From contig RQSC01000381.1 in NCBI GenBank assembly GCA_013416795.1, forward strand, positions 25,572 through 40,732: a stretch of 15,161 bases of DNA, in the 5' to 3' direction. This document shows, piece after piece, positions 1-9,490 of the stretch. Numbering within the stretch: the first letter of the stretch is position 1; the number at the start of each line of letters is the position of its first letter. Made by a program: the position numbers and the translations under genes. The notes beneath the pieces are model-generated. The model did no database searches. It had not been told where the DNA came from and saw only the letters and a program-made list of their open reading frames with translations. This DNA is from Prasinococcaceae sp. CCMP 1430. Its lineage: Eukaryota > Plantae > Prasinodermophyta.

Positions 1-2
1 CG

Positions 3-4
<2 letters not shown>

Positions 5-88
<84 letters not shown>
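5..88. repeat. Perfect (CA)42 microsatellite
   Basis: Uninterrupted CA dinucleotide run from 5 to 88. Confidence 0.97.
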
Positions 89-90
<2 letters not shown>

Positions 91-240
91 GCAGACACAC
101 ACACGAAGCGAGAGCGAGCACGCGCGTGCTCGCGCGCGCACACACGCCGCGGCGAGAGCTCTCGTGGGACCGCATTCGCGCTCGCGCTCTTTCGGCGCGT
201 GCGAGAGGCGCTCGGCGGCGCGTGGCAGCCACTCCGCGCA

Positions 241-255
241 CGCAACACGCACACG

Positions 256-338
<83 letters not shown>

Positions 339-506
339 ACACGCGCGCGCGCGCGCACCGCACGCGCATCGCACGCACGTGCTCGTACACTCAGCGTCGA
401 TGCCGCGGTGACACGCGCGCGCCGCGCCTGCCTCCGCCCGCTGCGGCGGCGCGCACGCACGCACGCACGTGCGCACGCGCACGCGCGCGCGCACACACAC
501 ACACAC
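241..506. repeat. Imperfect (CA)n / (CG)n / (GCAC)n microsatellite complex upstream of gene 1
   Basis: CA run at ~261-336 with one interruption, followed by CG and GCAC runs and a short CA run ending directly at the ATG at 507. Confidence 0.9.
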
Positions 507-657
507 ATGCTTGTGTCGGTCATCGTGCCTGCGCTCGACGAGGAGGAGCTCGTGGGCGCGGCGGTGCGGTCGGCGCTGGCGGGCGCGGATGGTGCCAGCC
601 AGGACGAGCCCGCCGTCGAGGTGGAGGTGCGCTCGCGCGCGCACGCACACACACACA

Positions 658-696
<39 letters not shown>

Positions 697-1447
697 CGGC
701 GCACATGAACACACTGCTTGCTACACACGCGTGGCACACACGCTCACGTTGACTCACACGCACACATACACACGCATGCACGCACGCACGCACGCACGCA
801 CACACGCACGCGTTCCTGCGCGCGCAGGTGTTGGTCGTGGACGGCGGCAGCTCCGACGGCACCGCCTCGGCCGCCTCCTCCGCGGGCGCCTCCGCGGTCC
901 TCGTCGGCGGCGCGTGCGTCCGTGCTCGACGGCACGACGCACACAGGACCAGAGAACGCGCGGCGCAGATGAACGCCGGCGCGCGCGCGGCGGCGGGCGA
1001 CGCGCTCGTCTTCCTGCACGCGGACTCGGTGCGTGCGCGTGCGTGCGCATGCGCACGTGCGCGTGTACGCACACACGCGCGCGTGCGTACACACACTCGC
1101 CCGCACGCGCGAACGCAGGCGCACTTACAAACACGAGTTCAAGCGCATACGCACGTGCACACACGCTGACATTCATGCGCACGCGCACACACACTCACAC
1201 ACACACACACACACGACCACACACACGCCCGCGCACACGTCCGCGCGCGCTCGCAGGAGCTTCCCGCGGGCTACGCGCGTCTGGTGGAGCGCGCGCTGCG
1301 CGCGGGCGCGACGTGGGGCTGCTTCGGGCTGGAGCTCGTGGCGACGGCTGGCGGCGTCGGCGGGGAATGTGCGGCGCCGCGCTCTGCGCCGCGCGCGTCC
1401 GCAAAGTGGAGGGAGCGAGCGCTGACTCGTCTGCACGCACACACACG

Positions 1448-1487
<40 letters not shown>

Positions 1488-1753
1488 GCACGCGCGCGCA
1501 CACACACACACACGTGCACGCACGCGCGCGCAGGCGCGCGCGGCTGGCTGCGCCTTGCGTCGTGGGGCGCTGCGCAGCGCACGCGCTGGCTGGGGCTCCC
1601 CTACGGCGACCAGGCGCTCTTCATGACGCGCGGGGCGTTCGAGGGCGCGCTCGGCGGCTTCAAGGTGGGGCGCGCGCACGCGCGTTTTCTCGCGCGCGCA
1701 CCCGATTTTCCCGCGCGCCCGTGCTCAGGAGGACGCGCGCTCACACACTGTCG

Positions 1754-1803
<50 letters not shown>

Positions 1804-2110
1804 CACACACACGCCCACGCCCATGCACACACACATGCATGCGCACACACACACACGCACACATCACGCGCGCCTTTCGCAGGGCGACTTCATGGAGGAC
1901 GTCGCGGCGTCCGTCCGCCTGGGCCGCGCGCTGGGCGCCCCCGCGGCGCTGCTCTCCCACCGCGTGCGCTCCTCCGCGCGGCGCTACGAGGCGCTGGGCG
2001 GCTGCCTCACCTCCGCCCTCAACGCGGCGCTGCTCGCCGCCTACGCGCTGGGCGCGCCGCCGAGCGCGCTCAGGGCCGCCTACGCCGCGGCGCGCAGGCT
2101 GGGAGGCTGA
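507..2110 (+). CDS. GT2-family glycosyltransferase, TIGR04283-like (~263 aa; ~252 aa if 914-946 is spliced). Exons 507-626, 828-1028, 1257-1368, 1534-1664, 1883-2110
   Basis: GT-AG introns join with consistent phases (0,0,1,0) to give 792 nt. Protein: MLVSVIVPALDEEE...VLVVDGGSSDGT...RAAQMNAGARAAAGDALVFLHADS...WGCF...WLGLPYGDQALF...GGF...FMEDV...VRSSARRY...AYALGAPPSAL. The SVIVP, VDGGSxDGT, RAxQMNAGA, FLHAD, YGDQ, MEDV and SARR motifs appear in the order I recall for the GT2_like_a/TIGR04283 family. Confidence 0.9.
627..1882 (+). repeat. Intronic (CA)n/(CG)n microsatellites in the four introns of gene 1 (627-827, 1029-1256, 1369-1533, 1665-1882)
   Basis: Each intron begins GTG (GTGCGC, GTGCGT, GTGCGG, GTGGGG), ends CGCAG/CGCGCAG and contains CA runs. 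Confidence 0.85.
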
Positions 2111-2201
2111 GACTACACTTTGTGCATTCAAACAATGGACGCGCGACTCTTTTTGCTGTGCGCGCGCGTGCATGCGCGTGTGTGCTGTGCGACGCTCCCC
2201 T

Positions 2202-5200
2202 TCACGGCGGGCTCTCGACGGCGACGTCGCGCAGCTCGACGCTGCTCCTCTTCTTCTCGAGGGCGCGGTCCGAACTCGAGGTGTCGTCCTTGTCCTCGGC
2301 GTCGGCGTCATCCAGCGCGTCCAGCTCGTCCAGATGCGCTCGGAGGTCGTCGGTGGCGGCATCGCCGTCGCCGTTGGCGCTGTCAGCTTCGCTGCCACCA
2401 CCTCGGCGCACCCTCCAGAGCACCAGATTGCCCTTGCCCTTGACCTCCACCTTCCCCTTGCGCTCCAGCAGCAGCCACGGCGCCTGCAGAGGCGTGCGCG
2501 ACGACGCGATGGCGCACGCGTGGGACGCGATGTCAGCGACATACACACAAAAGCGCACAAGTACACAAGCACACAAGCACGTACACACACACACACACAC
2601 ACAACGCTTTCGCGCGCATGGACACTTGCCTGCTCCCTGAGCGCGGCTGCGCCGGCGTCGGTGGTGGTGAGCGTCTGCGCCTCGCTGTTGCTCTCGCATC
2701 GGCTGGCGGTGTTGACGGTGTCGCCGTACACGCTGAACTTGAGCTTGTCGCTGCCGACGAGCCCCCCGACGACGGGGCCGACGTGCGCGCCGGCGCGGAT
2801 GCGCAGCGTGCCCAGCTCGGGCCTGCGCTCGCACACGAGCGTCGCCGCGGCCTCGTCGATGGCCGCCAGCGCGAAGGCCGCCACGCGCGCGGCGTGCGTG
2901 CGCGGCTGCTCCCGCGCCACCCCTCCTGCGACCATGTAGCAGTCGCCGATGGTCTCCAGCTTGAAGACGCCGAACTCTCTCACCAGCGAGTCGAAGCGGC
3001 TGTAGAGCCTGTCGAGCATGGCCGCCACGTCCTCCGGGTCGCCCAGCTGGTCGCCGATCTCGGTGAAGTTGACGATGTCGCAGAAGAAGATGGTTGCGTG
3101 CTCGTACCTGAGCGCGCCCACCTTCTCGCCGCGCGTGAGCCGCGCCGCCACGTCGGGGGGGAGCATGCGGTCGAGCAGCATGGAGCGCCGCGTGTTGGCG
3201 GCGGGGTCGAAGAGGTCCGCCTTGCGCAGCGGCGTGCGGTTAGTGCCGCCCGAACTCTGCATCCTGTCGAGTGCCGCGTCGATCTCCTCGAGCGAGGGGC
3301 GGCGGTCGGGGTTGTGCAGCAGGCAATCCTCGATCAGCTGGACGACGCCCGTCGGCGCCGACCTGCGCATCTCGGCGCTGATGGTCGGGCGCAGCTTGGT
3401 CTCGTCCGAGCGCACCTCGAGCAGGATGTCGCGCGTACTCTTGCCCTTGTGGTCAGCGTACGGCACATCGCGCGCGAAGCACTCCCAGCACAGCATGCCG
3501 AGGCCGTACACGTCGGACGCCTCGCTGTTGGACTCGCCCGCCAGCAGCTCGGGCGCCATCCAGAACGGCGTCCCCACCGCAGAGCGCCGGCCAGCGCCCA
3601 GCATGCGGCCTTTCGTCGATGAGAGGCCGAAGTCGGACAGCTTGCAGTCAAAGCTGTCGTTCACGAGCACGTTGGCGGCTTTGATATCGCCTGTGGGCGC
3701 GTGCGCAGGGTGCGAGAGGGGCGAGGGGAGGCAATACAAGAGCACACGGGAGGGACGCGCAGCGTCAGCGAAGGTGCCAGTAGTCATAGTAGCAAACAGA
3801 TGCCAGGGACCTTTCCCCCGTGCAGGCGGCGACGCAGCGCGTAGCATCTTTTCTCTTTCTTGCACGCACCGTGTATGATGGGCTCCTTGCCGCTGTGCAG
3901 GTAGCGCATGCCGCACACGACGTCGCGCACCATGCCGATGAGCAGCGAGGCGGGCAGGTCGGCCGTCGGGTTGAGCAGAAGGTCCCGCAGCGTTCCCCTG
4001 GGCATGTACTCAAGAACGAGCAGCGGGTCGGCCTCCTTGGTGGCTCCAAGCACGGTGACGATGTTCGGATGACGGAGGCGCACCATGAGGCGAATCTCGC
4101 GTTTGAAGATGTTGGCCAGCCGCGCGCTCGACAGCCGCTTGCCGGCGCCCGTGCCTGATGCTGCTGTCCCGCCGCATCCGAGTCCCAGATTGCCTGACTG
4201 GCTGCCCGTGCCGCTCCCAATCGAGAGGCAACCAAGCGAGACGCACGAGCCGAAGTGGGCCCGCTTCACGCAACCGATGTCACCGCCACTGCGACTGCCA
4301 ACACTGCCACTGCCGCTGCCACGACTCGTACTACTGCCGAGACCACAGCCACTACCGCTGCCATCAGCGTCGGCGTCGGCGACGCCTACCACCGTTGGCA
4401 CACAGCCACTACCGCTGCCATTAGCGTCGGCGTCGGCGACACCAAGCACCGTTGGCAGCTGCGAGCTGGCCGCGGTCAGCTTGCCGCCCACATCGACGCT
4501 GCGCGTGCTGCAACCATTCGGCATGGCGGCGGTAGAGCCCTCAGGCTCGGATTCGAACGCCGCCGGCGATGACGCGGAGGCGGTGCTGCACTCGCCCGAG
4601 CGCGAAATCGAAAGCGCCGAATCGTTGGCCATCATCCTACTGCGCACGCGCTTCTGCATGGCCGCGGATCCGTTCTGAGTGCCATTCTGTTGACGCTTCG
4701 AATCCTGAGCGTCGACGAGCGATGGTGGAGGCGACACAGACTTGACGCTGCTTTCATTCTCAGAAAGCGGTGCGATGGTGGAGGCGGTCACCGTGCGAGC
4801 GGAGGAGTAGAGCGACACGCGCTTGAGCGCCACCAGCGTGCCTCGAAAGCGGCCGAGGTAGACAGTCCCAAAGGTGCCCGCGCCCAGCGGCACGACCTCG
4901 CCGCGCTCGAGAACTGGGGTCACCTCCGATGGATCAATCACCCACGCGGACTCGTATCTGCGCTTGAGCTGCCGCCGCCGATAGGCGGCCAGCAGGATCC
5001 CGAGCATGGCGGTCGCACCGAGACCGGCGATGACCCCGATAGCCCATGTCGGGAAGGAGCTGCTGTCGTCCCTCTCGAGCATTACGCAGGTCTGCAGCAG
5101 GCTGCGGTTCACCCCCGTCGGCACGATGCTCGGCTCGTAGCCCTCGTCGCAGGCGCAGAACTCCTGCTCCGTCGAGGAGCAGCTCGAGTGATCCGGGCAG

Positions 5201-8200
5201 CCCACGCCGCACGCTGCGAAGGGCGCCACGCGCACGAAGTCCTCCGACCCGAAGGGCGCGTACGGGACACCTGTGGCCACCAGGTACGTCTCGCCATCGG
5301 CGCCGGCGCGTACGCGCATGACGTACACGCGCAAAAGCTCGGCGTCACCCGATGCGTTGGACACCATCACATTTGCGTAGCCGCTGAGGAAGTTCTCTTC
5401 GTACTCGCGCGAGTTGGCGGCCTCGTAGTGCGCCTCCACCCAAGCCCGCTCGTCGCCCTCTCCGTCAGGACGGATCGGGCCCAGACGCATCGATGCGACG
5501 GGCTCGCAGGTGCTGTTCTCCACGTGGTCCCTGCGAATTGTGGACGCGACGACGCACGCCCTCGTCTGCGAGGCGTCGGTGCGCAGCACGTAAATGCGCG
5601 CGTCCTCGAAGGGCGTGCCGGCGAGGACCTCGCCTTCGGTCAGCTTCGCGAACGTGTCGTTGAGCAGCGGAAGGACGCTCGAATTGACAGCGGCGCGCAG
5701 GTGGCGCCCCGTGCCCCCACCGCCCTCGGACTGGCTATCGGCATCGTCGGGGGTGGACGCAGCGGCGAGGCACGACGAGCCCGACTGCGCGGCACTCTGC
5801 GACGACAGTGATCGGCCCATGCGAGACCCGGGGTCCGGCGCGGATGCAAGCATTTGCGTCACCAGAGGTCCCACCGCGAGCCGCGCATTTGAAAAATGGC
5901 ACGCAGTGGCGCGCTCGCTGCCGCACGGCCGGCCGCCAAAGCTCCTGACCCGCCCTTCTGGGCGCGAGCGGGTGGCGAAGCCGGCGAGGGCGATGTACCC
6001 CCGCCCCCCCGTCCGCAAGCCACGCGCATACAGCACGTGGTCGATGACGTCGACTATCGAGCCGTTGGAAACGACGCCCCAGGGCGAGCGCGTCCAGCCG
6101 CCCACCAGCGCGGTGTCGGAGCTGGCAAACTGGCTCGTGCCGACTGCGACCAGGTCTTCCATGAAACACTCGTAGCTGTCGGACGGGAGTCCGAAGCCGT
6201 CGATCCACAGCTCCTCCAGCGTCGAATAATTGCGCGGATACCCGGGAGGGAGGGCCATGAGCGTGCCGTTCAGCTCGTCTATGATGAGCGGAGCGAACGG
6301 CATGTCTTTCTTGCCGATGCAGAAGCGATCGTTCGTCTTCACCTCGGCCAGAAAGTCCTCCGGGTCCTCGTGGGTGCGGACCTCCGTGGCAACGTCGCCG
6401 ATCACGCGCAGCGTGTTGATCACCGCGCACGGCGCGGCGAAGCCCGAGCTGCACTTGTCCTCGGCGTTCTCGGTCTCTCCACAAACGAGCGCACTGAAGA
6501 CCGGATCGCCAAGCTCGGGTCGCCAGACGTCCGTGCAGCGCTCGGGTGGGGGCGTGTGGGTGTAGCCGACGCCGAGATAAAATTGCTGCCACCGGCCGCG
6601 TACGAGCGCCTCGTACTCCTGCATGTACGCCACCTTGGGCACCTGTGCCGCTTCGGAGGCGTTCTTGAGCTCGCCGCTGGCGATCAGCGCCTGGTCCTCG
6701 GCTGTCGGCCACAGGAATGTCACCCAACCGCCACCGGCCCTGGCAGCCGCTTCGGCGAGTAGCGCGTTCTGCTCCCTACCGTCGAGCGCAGGCGACACGG
6801 TCTGGACGATCTCCTCGGTGGAGCGGCCCACGTTCTTCCGGCTCCCTCCGTGCGCGACATTGGCGCCGTTGAAATGGTAGCTGAACACGTAGAAGCCCCC
6901 CGGCACGGTGAGGGCGTCCCGGTCGAACGTGATGCGGTTGAGCGCGTTTTCGAACTCCCACGGGGTCGTCGCTCGCTCGACCGCGTCGAGCGCTGCGCCG
7001 ACGAGCGACACGCTGTTGGCGATCGAGCACAGCGAGTTGAAGGAGGCATTGCAAGGCATGACAGGCTCGAGCGGCACGTTCCTGTACCCGTAGGCCACGA
7101 CGGTGCCCTCCGGCGTGGGCGCGGCGGCGTAGAACACCCACTCCGCCGCGTCGAGCGGCTCCTCATCGGAGTGGTGCCCGTGCGCACCCGCGAGCGAGGA
7201 CGGCATGAGCATGTACACGAAGCTGCCCTCGGGGCAGCCATTGAGCGCGCTCTTGAAGCGCTGTGCGTACGTGTTGGCATCAGTGCCTTCCTTTTCGCTC
7301 AGGCTGAGCTCGTCGTCGGTCACGCAGAAGCCCGCACCGGGGCTGTCGGCGCTGCGGCAGTCGGTGCCCGGCACGCCCACGGCCGGGACGAAGAAGCGGC
7401 GGTTGGCTTCGGCGCACTCGTCTCCCGCGAGCGTCGAGCAGCCGTCCTGGGTCATATCCAGCACCCACTGGTTGAGCGTCTTGCCGACGGACAGGGCTCC
7501 CTCGGCGATGTCCCCGAGGTGTAGCGCGTCGCGACCGTTCGCCAGGATTTCGCCGTCGGCCACGTTGAACAGCAGCGGCCAAAAGTGCACCGGCCGGCGG
7601 CCGTAGCCCGCCGTCACGTTCGCGTGGAAGGCCGCCGCCTCGCCGGCCTCCTCGGCGGCCACCAGCTGCGCGCGCAGGTCCTCCGCGAAAGCTGCGGCGT
7701 CAACGAGGCGCACGCCGCGCGCGATCAGGGCGGCGCCGTCGGGCGTGCGCGCACGCGAACGAGGCGTGGGTCAGGTGGGGCGATGGCATGTGCGATACGC
7801 GGGCGCACGTCTAGCTCCTGTAGTAGCATTGTTGCCAAGTAGAAAACGTGCCCCGCAATGCTTGCGCACGCACCCTCCACCTCGATGCGCGTGCACGGCG
7901 CGTTGTTGTCCGCGTCGCAGACGACGTTGGGCCGCATGGGCGCGGCCGGCACGTATCTGTGGGCGCCGGGGGCCGTTGCGCGTGCGTGCGCGCGCCACCG
8001 CGAGCGTGGCGAGAGCTCTGTCAGCACTGGCACCGCGCGGACTACGCCATGCGCGTAGGGCGCGCCGCCGCGGTGCGCACCTGCGGCGGCAGCGGTAGCG
8101 CGGGGACACGTCGCCGACCTGCGACGCGCCCGCCGGCGCGCAGGGCGAGTAGGGCGCCTCCGCGCTGGCGTTGACCACCGAGGAGCCCACGCCGCAGAGC

Positions 8201-8385
8201 TCCTCCTCTGGCGGCACAAATTCCCCAGGGGGCAGCACCAGCGCGGAACTCGGAGCGGCCGGCGCGGGTGCGGGGGCCGCGGCCGCGCTCGCGAGGCCCA
8301 CCACGCCCACCGACACGCCGCCGCCCGCGGCGGCGACGCACGCCACCACGAGCAGCGGCAGCGCCGCGGCGAAGGACGGCGCCAT
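2202..8385 (-). CDS. Receptor-type kinase-guanylyl/adenylyl cyclase (~1850 aa): signal peptide, 4x Cache-like repeats, EGF-like module, TM, TKL-like Ser/Thr kinase, class III cyclase. Exons 8385-8081, 7956-7874, 7691-3870, 3690-2630, 2483-2202
   Basis: Exons join in phase (2,1,1,0) to 5553 nt. Signal peptide MAPSFAAALPLLVVACVAAAG. Cache signature FYVFSYHFNGANVAHGG...GGGWVTFLWP...PKVAY...YLGVGY at 6894-6562. Six-Cys EGF-like stretch starting at 5211. TM WAIGVIAGLGATAMLGILLAAY at 5046-4981, followed by RRRQLKRR. Kinase motifs LGAGTFG, VALK, REIRLM, HGDIKAAN (split by intron 3869-3691), DFG, GTPFWMAPE, DVYGLG. Cyclase motifs FCDIVNF, KLETIGDCY, GDTVNTASR, VKGKG. The two 5' exons are less certain than the core. 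Confidence 0.92.
4345..4458. repeat. Tandem duplication, 2 x 57 bp, in-frame within the kinase insert
   Basis: Units 4345-4401 and 4402-4458 encode LPTVLGVADADANGSGSGC and VPTVVGVADADADGSGSGC on the - strand. Confidence 0.92.
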
Positions 8386-8436
8386 CGGCTTCACCCACCA
8401 GCACAGGCGAGTCCGAGCGCGCGCGGCTGCCTGCGT

Positions 8437-8524
8437 CTGAATGCCCCCAACAAAGCAAGAGAAAAAAAACGCGGCGTGCGCCGTGTGCTCCTGGCACATC
8501 TCACGACGCGCCCGCTCCGTCAGG
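8437..8524 (-). other. Probable 3' end of a 5'-UTR intron of the receptor gene
   Basis: On the - strand: CCTGAC branch-like motif (8524-8519), pyrimidine tract TTTTTTTCTCTTGCTTTG, then TTCAG ending at 8437, ~50 nt before the ATG at 8385. Confidence 0.45.
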
Positions 8525-8641
8525 TGTGTGTGGGGGGGGGGTTATGGGAGGGACAGCGGCGCGTGCGAGGGCGGCGCGTCGGGCGCGCGAGCCCCACCCC
8601 TACACCCCGCGGCGCCCCCTTCCTCCTCGGAGCGCGCGCTG

Positions 8642-8678
8642 CCGCGCGCGCGCGCGCGCGCTGCCGCGACACACACGC

Positions 8679-8727
<49 letters not shown>

Positions 8728-8759
8728 CGCGCGCACACACACACAGGCGCGTGCGCGCG

Positions 8760-8805
<46 letters not shown>

Positions 8806-8923
8806 CGCGTGTGCGCGCGCGCGCGCACACACACACACGTGTGTGTGTACGCAGATACAGCATGTCGTGCCTGCACGCGCTCCTCACGCGGCATGAACGC
8901 ACATGCACACACATGCACACACA

Positions 8924-8954
<31 letters not shown>

Positions 8955-8963
8955 GCACACACG

Positions 8964-9038
<75 letters not shown>

Positions 9039-9044
9039 GCACAC

Positions 9045-9098
<54 letters not shown>
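8642..9098. repeat. Compound (CG)n/(CA)n microsatellite block with a recurring (CA)n-GGCGCG-(CG)n sub-unit
   Basis: CG run at ~8644-8661; CA runs at ~8669-8724, 8768-8803 and 8920-9098; 'acacaggcgcg' recurs three times. Confidence 0.92.
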
Positions 9099-9100
<2 letters not shown>

Positions 9101-9325
9101 CTCTTCCGCCTGGGAGGCCGCGCCACACGTGGGCCCTCCACTCATTCCGCGCTGCCGAGCGCGAACCCAACGCGTCCCTTGGATTTTGATGCCGTGACGT
9201 ACCCGCACCGCCCCGAGATGCGCGTGGACAATGCGCATATTCGTACGTCTACATCCCACACGGGAGAGTGAAACTGAGGTCTTATGCACGACATGCTGTG
9301 TGGGCGTCTAACTGTATGCGCACAC

Positions 9326-9365
9326 GTGTGTGTGCGCGTGCGCAGTGTGTGTGTGTGTGTATGTG

Positions 9366-9434
<69 letters not shown>

Positions 9435-9490
9435 CTGTGTGTGTGCGTATGTGCCTGCGTGCAGTGTCCATTCGTCTCCGTGCACGCGTG
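9326..9490. repeat. Imperfect (TG)n microsatellite
   Basis: TG run at ~9346-9445 with T/A interruptions, in the opposite orientation to the CA tracts to its left. Confidence 0.92.

Noticed and set aside
4-2939. Long ORFs rich in HT/CV dipeptides (4..336, 164..2110, 1284..2939 and others)
   Set aside because: They are read-through of stop-free (CA)n tracts; only their exon segments belong to gene 1.
2618-7606. Long + strand ORFs opposite the receptor (2618..3622, 3018..3878, 4085..4678, 4690..5811, 5896..6762, 6850..7524)
   Set aside because: Antisense shadows expected in GC-rich coding DNA; all recognisable motifs are on the - strand.
7692-7773. Coding-looking DGAALIARGVRLVDAA extension, including the ORF start at 7713
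   Set aside because: There is an in-frame TGA at 7773-7771 and no AG acceptor until 7692; the acceptor at 7692 is phase-compatible with the donor at 7873.
8386-8499. Upstream in-frame start for the receptor (MCQEHTAHAAFFF...)
   Set aside because: It runs through a polypyrimidine tract and acceptor-like signal, and the ATG at 8385 gives a good signal peptide.
8532-8552. G10-TTAT-GGG-A-GGG potential G-quadruplex
   Set aside because: Formally possible, but unremarkable in such GC-rich DNA and without supporting context.
8829-8848. 20-bp palindrome ACACACACACGTGTGTGTGT
   Set aside because: A trivial product of a local CA/TG switch in low-complexity sequence.
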